Shown: one piece after another, positions 23,908-34,976 of the stretch
Layout of the letters: the number at the start of each line of letters is the position of its first letter
How positions within the stretch are numbered: position 1 is the first letter of the stretch
NCBI GenBank assembly: GCA_045531135.1
Contig: JAZSDL010000018.1
Span: 15,598 to 79,597, forward strand
Direction: 5' to 3'
Source of the DNA: Eubacteriales bacterium
GTDB taxonomy: Bacteria > Bacillota > Clostridia > Oscillospirales > CAG-382
DNA: 64,000 nucleotides
Notes under the pieces: model-generated
Seen by the model: the letters and a program-made list of their open reading frames with translations, nothing else
Database searches by the model: none
What the model was told of the DNA's origin: nothing
Program-made: the position numbers and the translations under genes

Positions 23908-25705
23908 CGTATTTAAGCACCGCCATAAACGCCTCCTGCGGAACCTCAACGGTACCGAGAGTGCGCATACGCTTCTTGCCCTCTTTTTGCTTCTCAAGCA
24001 ACTTTTTCTTACGTGTTATATCACCGCCGTAGCACTTTGCAAGCACGTCCTTGCGCATCGCCTTTACCGTCTCGCGCGCAATTATCTTGCCGCCTATCGC
24101 CGCCTGCACCGGTATTTCAAACAGCTGGCGCGGTATGTTGTCCTTAAGCTTTTCGCATATACGCCTTGCGCGCGGATATGCTCTATCGGAGTGTACGATA
24201 AACGAAAGTGCATCAACAACGTCGCCGTTTAACAGTATATCGAGCTTGGAAAGCTTGGACGGGCGGTAATCCTTAAATTCGTAGTCGAGCGAGGCGTAGC
24301 CCTTGCTCTTTGATTTTAAGGAATCAAAGAAATCATAAACTATCTCGTTTAACGGCAACAGATAATGAAGCTCTGCGCGGTTTGTGTCGATGTACTTCAT
24401 ATCAATGTATTCGCCGCGTCTGTCGGTGCAAAGCTGCATTATTGTACCTACGTATTCGGTAGGCGTGATAACGGTTGCCTTGACAAACGGCTCACAAGCC
24501 GTCTCGATCGTCGCGGGATCGGGATAGTTTGTGGGGTTGTCTATATAAACTACCTCACCGTTTGTTTTGTGTATCTCATAGATAACGCTCGGTGCGGTGG
24601 TAATAAGATCAAGCATGAATTCGCGCTCAAGGCGTTCCTCGATGATCTCCATATGCAAAAGCCCCAAAAATCCGCATCGGAAACCGAATCCCAGCGCGAC
24701 CGACGTTTCCAGCTCAAAGGTGAAAGATGAGTCGTTAAGTCGGAGCTTTTCAAGCGCCTCCTTAAGATCGCCGTATTTAGAGCCGTCGGCAGGGTAGATG
24801 CCCGCATAAACCATCGGCTGCGCTTTTTTAAAGCCGGGCAACGGCTTTTCACAGGGGTTCTCAACCAAGGTAACGGTATCTCCGACGTCGGTATCCGCAA
24901 TGTTTTTGATGCTTGCGGTAAAGTATCCTACCTCGCCTGCCTCGAGATATTCCTTCTTTTCGAGCGCGAATGTAGACAGCGTACCGAGCTCGACAATGTC
25001 AAACTCAGCTCCCGTGTGCATCATACGCACCTTGTCGCCCAATCTCATTCTGCCGTTGACAACTCGGATATAAACCACAACGCCCTTGTAGGAATCGTAA
25101 TAGCTGTCAAATACAAGTGCCTCAAGCGGCTGCTCCTTGTCGCCCTTGGGCGCGGGAACACACTTTACGATCTGCTCGAGCACGTCTTTTATGCCGATGC
25201 CCATTTTTGCGCTTATACAAGGCGCCTCGTCGGCAGGGATGCCGATAATATCCTCTATTTCGCGCTTTGCCATTTCGGGATCCGCGCTCGGAAGATCAAT
25301 CTTGTTTATAACGGGAAGTATCTCAAGGTCGTGATCGACCGCAAGATATGCGTTGGCAAGCGTCTGTGCCTGTATGCCCTGAGTTGAGTCAACAATAAGC
25401 ACCGCACCCTCGCAGGCGGCAAGCGAGCGAGAGACCTCGTATCCAAAGTCAACGTGACCGGGAGTGTCGATAAGATTCAGCGCATAGGTCTCGCCGTCGT
25501 CCGCCTTGTAATCAAAACGCACCGCACGTGCCTTGATAGTAATACCGCGCTCACGCTCAAGCTCCATATTATCGAGCATCTGCTCGTCGATATCGCGCTT
25601 TTCGACCGCGCCCGTGTATTCAAGCAAACGGTCGGCAAGTGTGCTCTTGCCGTGATCTATGTGTGCAATTATAGAGAAATTTCGTATCTTGTTGATGTCG
25701 GTCAT
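23897..25705 (-). CDS. lepA: translation elongation factor 4 (LepA)
   Basis: [28 protein letters not shown], and the conserved C-terminal LepA domain. 602 aa. Confidence 0.97.
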   Translation of the reverse strand: MTDINKIRNFSIIAHIDHGKSTLADRLLEYTGAVEKRDIDEQMLDNMELERERGITIKARAVRFDYKADDGETYALNLIDTPGHVDFGYEVSRSLAACEGAVLIVDSTQGIQAQTLANAYLAVDHDLEILPVINKIDLPSADPEMAKREIEDIIGIPADEAPCISAKMGIGIKDVLEQIVKCVPAPKGDKEQPLEALVFDSYYDSYKGVVVYIRVVNGRMRLGDKVRMMHTGAEFDIVELGTLSTFALEKKEYLEAGEVGYFTASIKNIADTDVGDTVTLVENPCEKPLPGFKKAQPMVYAGIYPADGSKYGDLKEALEKLRLNDSSFTFELETSVALGFGFRCGFLGLLHMEIIEERLEREFMLDLITTAPSVIYEIHKTNGEVVYIDNPTNYPDPATIETACEPFVKATVITPTEYVGTIMQLCTDRRGEYIDMKYIDTNRAELHYLLPLNEIVYDFFDSLKSKSKGYASLDYEFKDYRPSKLSKLDILLNGDVVDALSFIVHSDRAYPRARRICEKLKDNIPRQLFEIPVQAAIGGKIIARETVKAMRKDVLAKCYGGDITRKKKLLEKQKEGKKRMRTLGTVEVPQEAFMAVLKYDDE

Positions 25706-25832
25706 AGTGATACCCTTTTATATGATTTAACATCTTATTATACAATAGATTATTTGTTTTTTCAATAGTATATAGTACTTGGGAGTAACTTTTTGAAAAA
25801 AATCCGCCCAAACTCTCTTCAAAAATTTTCAA

Positions 25833-25865
25833 TAAAAAAGAGAGAGGGGTTTAAAATCCTCTCTC
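25833..25865 (-). terminator. rho-independent terminator after secF
   Basis: GAGAGAGG-loop-CCTCTCTC with a T-run on the minus strand. Confidence 0.6.
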
Positions 25866-25879
25866 CGAAATATCAAAAA

Positions 25880-26791
25880 CTATTCTGCTTTGTTCTTGTC
25901 GCCGATACCTACAAGCGCGTTCCAGATCATACCTGACATAAATACCGAGGAGAACAGACCTGCAAGTATACCTACGATAAGGGGAAGTGCAAAGTCCTTA
26001 ATTGCATCAACACCGAGAATGTAGATCATACCGATGGTACAGAGTGTGGTAAGAGTGGTGTTTATACTTCTTGCCATAGTCTCGTGGATACCGATGTTAA
26101 CAACCTCTGCAAACGGAGTACCCGCCTCTGCATTTGCCTTGTTTTCGCGGATACGGTCAAACACAACTATAGTTGCATTGATAGAGTAACCGAGAATAGT
26201 GAGCAAAGCAGCGATAATAGTGTTGTTTATCGGAATCTGCAACAGCGAGTATACAACGAACATCACAAAAAGGTCGTGCGAAAGACATATAACAGCCGCA
26301 ATGCCGGATTTGAGCTCGAAACGGAAGGAGATGTAGATAAGCATCAAAACAACCGCAACGGCAACTGCGATAATCGCCTTTTTGGTAAGACTTGCACCGA
26401 TGGTCGGGGCTATCATGCTGATTTCCTTGTTGGCAATATCTGCGTCGGGATATGCCTCAACAAGAGCATCAAGAAGTGCATCGATCTGATCGTTCTCAAG
26501 AGCAGCGGTGCCGGTACGGATTATAGCCATATTGGCATCGGTGGTCGATTGAGTGGTGGAAGAAACGTACTCGTGACCGAGCTTTTCGTGATTACGGATG
26601 ATCTCATTGATGTTGTCGCAAGCATCGGGAGTTGCTTCAACACCGAGATCAAGCTTGATTTCGGTACCGCCCGAAAAGTCTATGTCGATATTAAAACCTC
26701 TTACAAAGAAAGAAACAATACCAACGAGAAGGACAAGCGCGATAACGCAAAGGGTTACCTTTTTGTTGTTAATAAAATGGAACTTACTCAT
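25880..26791 (-). CDS. secF: protein translocase subunit SecF
   Basis: 303 aa, SecF-type 6-TM architecture, adjacent to secD. Confidence 0.93.
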   Translation of the reverse strand: MSKFHFINNKKVTLCVIALVLLVGIVSFFVRGFNIDIDFSGGTEIKLDLGVEATPDACDNINEIIRNHEKLGHEYVSSTTQSTTDANMAIIRTGTAALENDQIDALLDALVEAYPDADIANKEISMIAPTIGASLTKKAIIAVAVAVVLMLIYISFRFELKSGIAAVICLSHDLFVMFVVYSLLQIPINNTIIAALLTILGYSINATIVVFDRIRENKANAEAGTPFAEVVNIGIHETMARSINTTLTTLCTIGMIYILGVDAIKDFALPLIVGILAGLFSSVFMSGMIWNALVGIGDKNKAE

Positions 26792-28068
26792 TATTTTGCC
26801 CTCCTTCCGAGTGCTCTGTAGGAACTCGGCTTGGTAATGCCCATGCCGATCGAGAGGTTAAGCAACGCCTTGGTGATCACAAGTGCGGTGAACATCGAGA
26901 TTACGATACCGATAAAGAGTGTAGTAGCAAAGCCCTTAATGGTACCAGAGCCGAGGAAGTAAAGCACTGCACACGCGATAACGGTGGTAACGTTTGAGTC
27001 AAGTATCGCGCCGAACGCTCTCTTAAAGCCGGATTTAACAGCCGCCTTTGCGCTCTTGCCGAGATCGATCTCTTCCTTGATTCTCTCGAATATAATTACG
27101 TTAGCGTCTACCGCCATACCGATCGAAAGGAATATACCCGCAATACCCGCAAGAGTGAGGTTTGCCTGGGTGAGTATAAGAACAAGTCCGAATATGCTGA
27201 CATACGCAACAAGTGCGACAGAAGCCATAATACCGGTAACCTTGTAGTAAATGCACATAAAGATGATAACAAGGATAACACCGATAGCACCCGCGATAAG
27301 CGAGGTAGAGAGCGAGTTAACACCGAGCGTTGCGCCGACGGTTCTCTGCTCAACAGGAACGAGCTCGTATCTGAACGCACCTGCGTTGATGTTGTTGGCA
27401 AGCGCAAGTGCCTCGTCAGCAGTAAAATCACCGCTGATTATTGCCTGTCCGTTGGTGATAACGTCGTTAACGGTGGGCTGGCTGATTACGGTGCCGTCGA
27501 TAACGATAGCAATGTAGTCCTTGGTGGATGCAGCCGCAGAGGTTGCGGTAGCAAACTTAGCCGCGCCCTCGCTGGTGAGCGAAAGAGCAACGACCGGCTT
27601 ACCGGTGGATTGATCGTAGCTTCTGTATGCCGAGTCGATGTGCTCGCCCTCAAGAACCACGTTGCCGCTGGAATCCTTAAACTGAAGCTTTGCAGTCTGC
27701 ATAAAGTTTGCAATTGCCTCGTTGGGATCGTCAACGTCGGGAATCTCGATAGTGATCATGTCGTCGCCGGTGAGATAACAGAGCGCTTCGGTAAGACCTT
27801 GACCGTCAAGACGGTCTCTCATTATGGTCTGTACCGAGTCCATGCCGGTTGCCAGGTCAGAGCCGGTATCGTCGGTCTGGGCCTGGAAGGTTACGATAGA
27901 ACCGCCCGCAAGATCAAGTCCGAGACGGATAGCGCCGTCCTCGAAAATGCCGAGCTGACGAGTTTCATCATTAATGTAAACACCGCAAAAGGTCACCGCG
28001 CTAACAAGCACGATAGCCAGAAGCAGTAACACAAAACGAGAAATACTCGAAACACGAGAATAATTCAT
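26791..28068 (-). CDS. secD: protein translocase subunit SecD
   Basis: 425 aa with LGLDLAGG and a C-terminal RND-like TM bundle. Confidence 0.93.
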   Translation of the reverse strand: MNYSRVSSISRFVLLLLAIVLVSAVTFCGVYINDETRQLGIFEDGAIRLGLDLAGGSIVTFQAQTDDTGSDLATGMDSVQTIMRDRLDGQGLTEALCYLTGDDMITIEIPDVDDPNEAIANFMQTAKLQFKDSSGNVVLEGEHIDSAYRSYDQSTGKPVVALSLTSEGAAKFATATSAAASTKDYIAIVIDGTVISQPTVNDVITNGQAIISGDFTADEALALANNINAGAFRYELVPVEQRTVGATLGVNSLSTSLIAGAIGVILVIIFMCIYYKVTGIMASVALVAYVSIFGLVLILTQANLTLAGIAGIFLSIGMAVDANVIIFERIKEEIDLGKSAKAAVKSGFKRAFGAILDSNVTTVIACAVLYFLGSGTIKGFATTLFIGIVISMFTALVITKALLNLSIGMGITKPSSYRALGRRAK

Positions 28069-28216
28069 TTGCGTTTAACCTCCGTGAGAAATTTCGTTTA
28101 TTTTCTAACATTTCAATTATACATATATCCCCCCCATAAGTCAAGCATATTTTTCAAACAAAGGGATAAAAAAAGGATATTCGCGCTATTTTGCGAATAT
28201 CCCTTGAAAGTTTGTA

Positions 28217-28930
28217 TTATTTCTCTATTTTATCGATATGAGGACATACAAGAGCATCCTCGCGGAGTATCGGATTTGCCCAGTATACCGCGTTGCGAAT
28301 GACCGTCTGAACGTTTTTATCGTAAAATATCGGATAGGTCTCGTGTCCCGGCTGGAAATAGAAAATTCTTCCGTTGCCGCGGTGGAAGGTGCATCCCGTG
28401 CGGAACAGCTCGCCGCCCTCGTACCAGCCCATAAATACAACCTCGTCGGGCTCGGGAATACCGAACGGCTCCGAATAAGTCTCAACGTGCGGAAGCTCAA
28501 AATATCTTCCGATACCCTTTGCTATCGGGTGTGCGGGGTTAACGGTCCATATACGCTCAAGATCTCCGTCCTCGCGCCAACCGAGGTTACAGCTCGTGCC
28601 CATCAATGCCTTGAATATTTTGGAGTGATGCGCCGAGTGCAGACCGATAAAGCCCATACCCTTAAGCACCGATTCCTTAACGCGAGTCACCACCGCATCG
28701 GGAACCTCGTTGTGTCCCATGTGCCCCCACCAGATAAGCACATCGGTGTTGTCAAGCACCTCTTGGGTAAGACCGCATTCCTCATCATCAAGGGTTGCGG
28801 TACGTACCGAAATATCATCGGATCTGAGAAAATCGGCGATAACCGTATGTATTCCGTCGGGATACACCGATCTTACTGCCTCACTGCGCTTTTCGTGCAA
28901 AAATTCATTCCAAACCGTTACTCTGATCAT
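28217..28930 (-). CDS. ThuA domain (trehalose-utilisation-like) protein
   Basis: [13 protein letters not shown]...[11 protein letters not shown] are characteristic ThuA blocks. Confidence 0.85.
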   Translation of the reverse strand: MIRVTVWNEFLHEKRSEAVRSVYPDGIHTVIADFLRSDDISVRTATLDDEECGLTQEVLDNTDVLIWWGHMGHNEVPDAVVTRVKESVLKGMGFIGLHSAHHSKIFKALMGTSCNLGWREDGDLERIWTVNPAHPIAKGIGRYFELPHVETYSEPFGIPEPDEVVFMGWYEGGELFRTGCTFHRGNGRIFYFQPGHETYPIFYDKNVQTVIRNAVYWANPILREDALVCPHIDKIEK

Positions 28931-28934
28931 TGCT

Positions 28935-30047
28935 TTACTCCTTAACTGCTTTTTTAACTGCGGGGAATATTGTTTCCGCCATCGAGAACTGACCTAAATC
29001 GTTCGGGTGGAGGTTGTCTACTGCATAAAGATCGCGCATTTCCTTTGTAAAAAAGTCCGCGCTGTTAACGAAATAAACGTTTTTGTCGCCGTTGTCCCGC
29101 GCATTTTCATAGGTCTTGCGTACTGTTTCTATACGCTGCTTATCACCGATTGTAATATCGTCATAGAACGGGTGCGTTACAAAAACGACAGGTAATTCGG
29201 GCTGCTTTTCACGGATTTTCTTAAAAAACGGCTCGTGAGTGGATTCGAGATGCTCAAGAGAGGGAGAGTTGTAATCGTAATCCATAACAAAGCACGAAAG
29301 CTCGCGTGATGCAATGTGCTCGGCAACCTCGATTTCTCCCATCGCACTTCCCGAAAATCCGTAGTTTGCACAGTCGGCATCAAGTGCTCGGCAGATGATG
29401 TTGGCATACGAGCTTGCAGGGCGCGAAACGCATCCGCCTTGAGTGATAGACGAGCCGTAAAAAGCTATCGGCTTTACCGTTCTCTGTGTCGGAGCTCCGA
29501 TTTTGTCTCCGTCCCTAAAGCCGATCTCAAGCGAATCGATACCGCCGTAGAGCGGGAGGTTTATCATCACCTCGTTTACTCCGTCGGGAAGCTCGAGAGT
29601 GCCTTGATTAAAGGTAGGGGAGTCGGCAAAGGTCTGCATCATCCTTCCTGCGTATTTGCGCGCGGTTCCGGTGCCGACATAGGCATCAATACCGAAAACA
29701 CCCCTGTCGCAGAAGTGATGCATACCTGTTATCGCACTTCTTAATTTGATTTTAAGCGAGATCTGATCCGCATCGGTAGCAAAACGTATACATCCGCCCG
29801 CGGTACAGTCGGCAAGAATACGGTTCGAATTAGAGTATATATCCTTTTTCGATGCATCCAAACGGTAAAACTCACCGCAGTTTTTGTCAGGATGGGGAAT
29901 ACCGCCGATGACAAACGGCGATTCGGTGACGTTCAGATAAATAAATCCGTCGTCATCTGTCTTTCCGAGCTTGCTTGCCTTGACTAAATCGCTCTTTTTT
30001 ATCTTTTCCTTTGATTTTTTGGGCTTTCCGAATACAAAACCTGCCAT
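28935..30047 (-). CDS. SGNH/GDSL hydrolase family esterase with N-terminal beta-sandwich domain
   Basis: [10 protein letters not shown] (block I Ser) and DNLHPND (block V D..H). 370 aa. Confidence 0.8.
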   Translation of the reverse strand: MAGFVFGKPKKSKEKIKKSDLVKASKLGKTDDDGFIYLNVTESPFVIGGIPHPDKNCGEFYRLDASKKDIYSNSNRILADCTAGGCIRFATDADQISLKIKLRSAITGMHHFCDRGVFGIDAYVGTGTARKYAGRMMQTFADSPTFNQGTLELPDGVNEVMINLPLYGGIDSLEIGFRDGDKIGAPTQRTVKPIAFYGSSITQGGCVSRPASSYANIICRALDADCANYGFSGSAMGEIEVAEHIASRELSCFVMDYDYNSPSLEHLESTHEPFFKKIREKQPELPVVFVTHPFYDDITIGDKQRIETVRKTYENARDNGDKNVYFVNSADFFTKEMRDLYAVDNLHPNDLGQFSMAETIFPAVKKAVKE

Positions 30048-30099
30048 AGCTATGTCCTTTATGCGCTTTTTCTTTGATTATATCACATAACATTTGTTA

Positions 30100-30128
30100 T
30101 TGCAATAAAATTAAATGCGTGGTATAAT
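30100..30128 (+). promoter_or_regulatory. promoter (TTGCAA-17-TATAAT with TGn extension) of mtnA
   Basis: Hexamers at 30100-30105 and 30123-30128. Confidence 0.5.
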
Positions 30129-30164
30129 AAATTTGCTAAGATCAAAACGGATTGAGGTGGCGGT

Positions 30165-31196
30165 ATGAAAGATACGGTTTGGCTCGACGAGGAAAAAGAC
30201 CTCTTAATGTATGTAGATCAGACAAAATTGCCTAACGAGGAGTGTATTTGCTCCTGCTCTGATGCTTTTGAGCTTTACGATATAATAAAACGTCTGTCTA
30301 TCCGCGGTGCACCCGCTATCGGTGTAGGCGCGGCTATCGGTCTTTATGCCGCGGCGAATAAGTTTGAGGACGATACCGCAAGCGGATTTCTTTATTCGTT
30401 TATGAAATGCGCCGACATCGTAAATTCCTCGCGCCCTACCGCTGTCAATCTCTCTTGGGCTGTCAACCGTATGAAAATGTGTGCGCAGGCAAATCAAAGC
30501 CGCACCGTCGTTGAGATTAAAGCGGCATTAAAGCAAGAGGCGCTTGATATTTATAACGAGGATATCGATACCTGCCGTCGTATCGGTGAGCTCGGTAACA
30601 AGCTCATTCCGCAAAAGGCAAACATACTCACCCATTGTAACGCTGGCGCGCTTGCGGCTGTGCGCTACGGTACTGCGCTTGCGCCGATATACGTCGCACA
30701 CGAAAACGGAAAATCTGTTCACGTTTATGCCGACGAAACACGTCCTCTGCTTCAGGGCGCACGTCTTACCGCATACGAGCTTGCCGAAAACGGCGTGCCC
30801 GTAACTCTGCAGTGCGATAATATGGTGTCCTCGCTTATGTCAAAGGGTATGATTGATATGGTCTTTGTCGGTGCCGACAGGGTTGCCCTAAACGGCGATA
30901 CCGCCAACAAGATCGGCACCTCGGGCGTTGCTGTTCTTGCAAAGTATTACGGGATCCCTTTTTATGTATGTGCACCGTTTTCGACGATAGATTTTAACTG
31001 CAAAAACGGCAAAGATATCGTCATAGAACAAAGAGATCCCGATGAGGTGACCGAAATGCATTATAAATCGCGTATGACACATAATAATGTCAACGTATAT
31101 AATCCCGCATTCGATGTTACCGACCATACGCTTATCAGCGGTATCGTTACCGAGAAAGGTGTGTTTACAGTTGAAGAGCTCTGTCACCAAAAATAA
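30165..31196 (+). CDS. mtnA: S-methyl-5-thioribose-1-phosphate isomerase
   Basis: IRGAPAIGV, THCNAGALA, ADETRPLLQGARLTA, GADRVALNGDTANKIGT. Confidence 0.9.
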   Translation: MKDTVWLDEEKDLLMYVDQTKLPNEECICSCSDAFELYDIIKRLSIRGAPAIGVGAAIGLYAAANKFEDDTASGFLYSFMKCADIVNSSRPTAVNLSWAVNRMKMCAQANQSRTVVEIKAALKQEALDIYNEDIDTCRRIGELGNKLIPQKANILTHCNAGALAAVRYGTALAPIYVAHENGKSVHVYADETRPLLQGARLTAYELAENGVPVTLQCDNMVSSLMSKGMIDMVFVGADRVALNGDTANKIGTSGVAVLAKYYGIPFYVCAPFSTIDFNCKNGKDIVIEQRDPDEVTEMHYKSRMTHNNVNVYNPAFDVTDHTLISGIVTEKGVFTVEELCHQK

Positions 31197-32073
31197 AAAG
31201 CTGTTGCTTGTCTTGAATCCCGTTGCGGGAAAGGGAAGAGGCCGCAGTGTTCTGTTTGATGCAATAGATGAGTTTACCCGTTACGGATATCGCGTTACCG
31301 TACTTCCGACCGAAAGCTTCGAGCGCACCGAGGCGCGCATTATCGGTGAACTAAAGGATTACGATCTTTGTGTTGCTGTCGGCGGCGACGGAACCTTAAA
31401 TGCCGTCGCAAGTGCCGTAGTCAAGTCGGAAACCGACGTGCCTATGGGGTATATTCCGCTCGGCTCGACAAACGATTTTGCGGCATCACTCGGATTGCCG
31501 AAGGATATTTTCACCGCCTGCGAGGAGATTGCGACAAATCGTCCCAAGCCGATCGACGTAGGTATGCTCGGAGACCGATATTTCGTCTATATCGCTTGCA
31601 CCGGTATGTTCAGCGAGGCATCGTATTCTACTCCGCAACCGCTTAAAAACGCTTTCGGCTACAGCGCGTACCTCTGGAAAGGACTTGCATCCTTAAAGGA
31701 TACCAAAAAAATGCGCTTTACCGTCGAAACCGATGACGGTGTTATCGACGGCGACTTTCTGTTCGCCGCGGTGTCGAATACCGTTCGCGCAGGCGGACTT
31801 GTCTGGTTACCCAAAAAGGAGATCAAGTTCGATGACGGACAGTTTGAGCTGACGATAATAAAAGCCCCCGAGAATATTAAAAACGGCACAACTCTTGTTA
31901 ATGACCTTATTGTAAGCCGCGTTGATTCCGATAATTTCATCCGCAAAAAGATAAAATATGCCACCATCCGCACAGAACATAAAAGCGGCTGGTCGCTCGA
32001 TGGCGAAAACGGCGGTGTTCATAACTCGGTTGACATTTCCATCAAGCAAAAGGCATTACGGTTTGTATATTAA
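31171..32073 (+). CDS. YegS/BmrU-family lipid (diacylglycerol) kinase
   Basis: LLLVLNPVAGKG and VAVGGDGTLN. The start is uncertain: TTG 31171 or GTG 31159 after AGAAAGG. ORF-track ATG 31087 lies deep inside mtnA. Confidence 0.8.
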   Translation: MKSSVTKNKKLLLVLNPVAGKGRGRSVLFDAIDEFTRYGYRVTVLPTESFERTEARIIGELKDYDLCVAVGGDGTLNAVASAVVKSETDVPMGYIPLGSTNDFAASLGLPKDIFTACEEIATNRPKPIDVGMLGDRYFVYIACTGMFSEASYSTPQPLKNAFGYSAYLWKGLASLKDTKKMRFTVETDDGVIDGDFLFAAVSNTVRAGGLVWLPKKEIKFDDGQFELTIIKAPENIKNGTTLVNDLIVSRVDSDNFIRKKIKYATIRTEHKSGWSLDGENGGVHNSVDISIKQKALRFVY

Positions 32074-32180
32074 ACATCAAAAAAACGGGAGACGTTTCAC
32101 AAAGAAGCGGTCTCTCGTTTTTTATACAAAGAAAAAGACGGCTCGTAAAAGAGCCGTCTTCAAAGACAGGAAGTATGATC

Positions 32181-32552
32181 TTACTTAAGGGTGATCTTAG
32201 CGCCTGCTTCTTCGAGCTGTGCCTTGAGGGATTCAGCTTCTTCCTTGGATACGCCGGTCTTAACCATCTTAGGTGCGTTAACAACGATATCCTTAGCTTC
32301 GCCGAGACCAAGACCGGTGATTTCCTTAACGGCCTTGATAACCTTAAGCTTAGCAGCTTCGTCGAAAGAGGTGAGCTCTACGTCGAATTCGGTCTTTTCC
32401 TCTTCTGCGGGAGCAGCTGCAGCAGCAACGCCTGCAACAGCAACGGGAGCAGCGGAAACGCCGTACTTCTCTTCGAGTGCCTTTACGAGATCTTTGAGTT
32501 CAAGAATAGAAAGAGAGTCTACAAGTTCGAGAATCTGAGTGATTTTTTCCAT
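32181..32552 (-). CDS. rplL: 50S ribosomal protein L7/L12
   Basis: 123 aa with an Ala-rich hinge and C-terminal [21 protein letters not shown]. Confidence 0.97.
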   Translation of the reverse strand: MEKITQILELVDSLSILELKDLVKALEEKYGVSAAPVAVAGVAAAAAPAEEEKTEFDVELTSFDEAAKLKVIKAVKEITGLGLGEAKDIVVNAPKMVKTGVSKEEAESLKAQLEEAGAKITLK

Positions 32553-32607
32553 TGTGATTAATCCTCCAATAAGTTTTGTTTTTTAAATAGATTTTGTTTT
32601 GCCGAAA

Positions 32608-33126
32608 TTATTCAGCAGCAGCTTCTGCGCCGCCTTCCTGCTTGTCGATAATCGCCTGAATAGCATAAGCGAAACCGTAAAGACCGGATTGGAGCGAGCC
32701 CATAAGTCTGCCGATGAGGACTTCCTTGGAAGGAGTATCGGCGAGTTCCTTCACACCGTTTGCGTCGAGCAATTCACCGTCAACGAAGCCGGCTTTAAGA
32801 ACAAAGTTTTCGTGGTCCTTAGCATAGTTAGCAAGGATTTTCGCGGGAGCGATAGGATCTTCAGCACTGGTAGCGAGCGCGGTCATGCCGGTGAGCTGGT
32901 CCTTAAGACCTTCAAAGCCGATAAGATCGCATGCCTTGGATGTAAGAGTGTTCTTAACAACGGTGTATTCAACACCTGCGGCACGGAGTTCGCTTCTGAG
33001 CTTGGTATCGTCAGCAACGGGAATACCCTGATAGTTAACGATAACGCCGCCCTGTGCATTCTTCATTCTTTCAGCGAGTTCAGCAACTAACTGTTTCTTT
33101 TGCTCGAGAATGTTTGCGTTAGCCAA
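32608..33126 (-). CDS. rplJ: 50S ribosomal protein L10
   Basis: TTG start at 33126, 7 nt after AGGAGG. ILEQKKQLVAELAERMK. The longer ORF-track N-terminus is rejected. Confidence 0.93.
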   Translation of the reverse strand: MANANILEQKKQLVAELAERMKNAQGGVIVNYQGIPVADDTKLRSELRAAGVEYTVVKNTLTSKACDLIGFEGLKDQLTGMTALATSAEDPIAPAKILANYAKDHENFVLKAGFVDGELLDANGVKELADTPSKEVLIGRLMGSLQSGLYGFAYAIQAIIDKQEGGAEAAAE

Positions 33127-33325
33127 ATCATTTACCTCCTGATTTATTTGCGCGTAAAACAAAAGCTCTTTCGGACGCACTACCGCCGAAAGAGCATAAA
33201 AATCACATATAAAATGCTTTTATCTCTCCTCGGCAGGTGACATTCGGATGTCGTTATGCTTTAAGCGCCTACTGTCTTTGGAAATCTGACTCGGGTATTG
33301 TACCACATCAAAACCCTGTTGTCAA
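33127..33325 (-). promoter_or_regulatory. rplJL promoter plus L10-leader-like 5' UTR with attenuator terminator
   Basis: TTGACA-17-TACAAT (33325-33297, TGn) followed by a ~165-nt leader. The leader ends in hairpin GCTCTTTCGG...CCGAAAGAGC (33165-33195) plus a T-run before the RBS. Confidence 0.5.
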
Positions 33326-33342
33326 TACCTTTTTTAAAAATA

Positions 33343-33765
33343 TTAATCGGATCCAATGAAAAATTCATTGGAATATACCGTATATTGTTGCGATAGGGTA
33401 TCTGCTTGTTTCAAATCGTTTTTAAATCCGTACGTAAAGCACACTCGGTATTTTTCTTTGCCCGTTTCTGCGCGTTCTGATAATTCGAATTTGATCTTAG
33501 CTTGCTTTTTTTCGAAATATACAAGGTTGTTTGGGGTAAAATCAACTTCGCTTTTCTTCCATTCACCGTCGAAATATTCTATATAGAAATAATCGTCATA
33601 CATAAATGTATCATCGGAATTAATTTTTAGAGTAAGCTTAACTGTATCATCAAAATCATACGTCGTTTTGTTTGTTGTGAGCGAGACTTCGCCGTTTGTG
33701 TTCGAACAAGCCGCAAGAACGAGAATGAAGGATATTATTAAAATTGCTGATAGTAATCTTTTCAT
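33343..33765 (-). CDS. hypothetical lipoprotein inserted between rplA and rplJ
   Basis: 140 aa with lipobox LVLAAC. It has its own promoter TTGCAT-17-TATAAT (33835-33807) and RBS GGAGG. Confidence 0.65.
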   Translation of the reverse strand: MKRLLSAILIISFILVLAACSNTNGEVSLTTNKTTYDFDDTVKLTLKINSDDTFMYDDYFYIEYFDGEWKKSEVDFTPNNLVYFEKKQAKIKFELSERAETGKEKYRVCFTYGFKNDLKQADTLSQQYTVYSNEFFIGSD

Positions 33766-33838
33766 ATTTGCCTCCGATAATTATTTTTGAAAAACGCGCT
33801 CAACGTATTATAACATTCTTTAAAAGGAAATGCAATGG

Positions 33839-33955
33839 ATTCGGACAAGCCCGAAGGGAAGGGTGCGCACGAATTCTGCGCGAGCGAACGGAACTCACAA
33901 AACCCTCGTAACCGACCAAAATGCTTGCCATTTTGGTCGAGAGCAAAGCGACAAA
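33839..33955. repeat. ~115-bp structured direct repeat, copy 1
   Basis: Aligns with 34071-34182, differing by one 5-nt indel and 2 substitutions. Contains the 11-bp-stem hairpin CGACCAAAATG/CATTTTGGTCG. Confidence 0.8.
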
Positions 33956-34070
33956 TAGAACGTGATAACCACGTTCTCCAAAAAAACTATTGTTTTTCGT
34001 TCTGCGCCGATGTCGATATTATATTTTTCAAGGACATGCGCCTTGAAAAATATACCAAAGAGTTCCGAGA

Positions 34071-34182
34071 ATTCGGACAAGCCCGAAGGGCGCGCACGAA
34101 TTCTGCGCGAGCGAACGGAACTCACAAAACCCCCGTAACCGACCAAAATGCTTGCCATTTTGGTCGAGAGCGAAGCGACAAA
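34071..34182. repeat. ~115-bp structured direct repeat, copy 2
   Basis: See copy 1. On the minus strand it reads GCCC-UUCG-GGC inside a GAATTCG...CGAATTC stem. Confidence 0.8.
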
Positions 34183-34215
34183 AAAGAACGCCCGAAATGG
34201 TGTACATTTCGGGCG
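34180..34215 (-). terminator. rho-independent terminator after rplA
   Basis: CGCCCGAAATG-loop-CATTTCGGGCG, then TTCTTTTTT on the minus strand. Confidence 0.7.
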
Positions 34216-34266
34216 ATAGCGTTAGCAATATCGGGGACCCCGAAAATCGAAGATTTTTGGGGAAGC

Positions 34267-34962
34267 TTACGCGTCGATCTTTGCAGAGTTGATCTTAAGT
34301 CCGGGTCCCATAGTGGATGCGATTACGCAGGACTTAATGTACTGACCCTTTGCAGCAGCGGGCTTTGCCTTGATGATAGCGCCGAGAAGAGTGTTGAAGT
34401 TCTCAACAAGCTTTTCGGTGCCGAAGCTTACCTTGCCGATAGGGCAGTGGATGATGTTGGTCTTGTCAAGACGGTATTCGATCTTACCTGCTTTTGCCTC
34501 GGCAACTGCCTTAGCAACGTCGGGAGTAACGGTACCTGCCTTGGGGTTAGGCATCAAGCCCTTAGGACCTAAAACCTTACCGAGACGGCCAACGAGACCC
34601 ATCATGTCGGGAGAAGTGATGAGTACGTCGAAGTCGAACCAGTTTTCAGACTGGATCTTCTGGATATACTCTTCTGCGCCAACGTAATCTGCGCCTGCAG
34701 CGGTAGCGGCATCTGCCTTGTCGCCCTTTGCGATAACAAGGGTACGAACGGTCTTACCGGTACCGTTGGGGAGAACGATCGCGCCTCTGACCTGCTGGTC
34801 AGCGTGACGGGAGTCAACGCCCAAACGAACGTGAACCTCTACGGTCTCATCGAACTTTGCTTTGGAAAGCTCGCAAACGAGTCCGAGTGCCTCGGCGCTG
34901 TCGTAGAGCTTTGCCTTGTCGATCGCAGCAGCTGCTGCGTTATAATTCTTTCCTCTTTTCAT
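34267..34962 (-). CDS. rplA: 50S ribosomal protein L1
   Basis: Starts MKRGKNY. ATG 34962 lies 8 nt after GGAGGG. Conserved L1 blocks ([20 protein letters not shown]). Confidence 0.95.
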   Translation of the reverse strand: MKRGKNYNAAAAAIDKAKLYDSAEALGLVCELSKAKFDETVEVHVRLGVDSRHADQQVRGAIVLPNGTGKTVRTLVIAKGDKADAATAAGADYVGAEEYIQKIQSENWFDFDVLITSPDMMGLVGRLGKVLGPKGLMPNPKAGTVTPDVAKAVAEAKAGKIEYRLDKTNIIHCPIGKVSFGTEKLVENFNTLLGAIIKAKPAAAKGQYIKSCVIASTMGPGLKINSAKIDA

Positions 34963-34976
34963 CGTCAAAACCCTCC

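Noticed and set aside
30048-30164. SAM riboswitch or T-box upstream of mtnA
   Set aside because: The predicted promoter (30100-30128) leaves only a ~30-nt leader, with no conserved riboswitch core or specifier/terminator structures.
33835-34572. 245-aa plus-strand ORF spanning the rplA-rplJ spacer
   Set aside because: It reads through both copies of the 115-bp repeat and several terminator hairpins, then runs antisense into rplA. The duplicated peptide segments simply mirror the DNA repeat.
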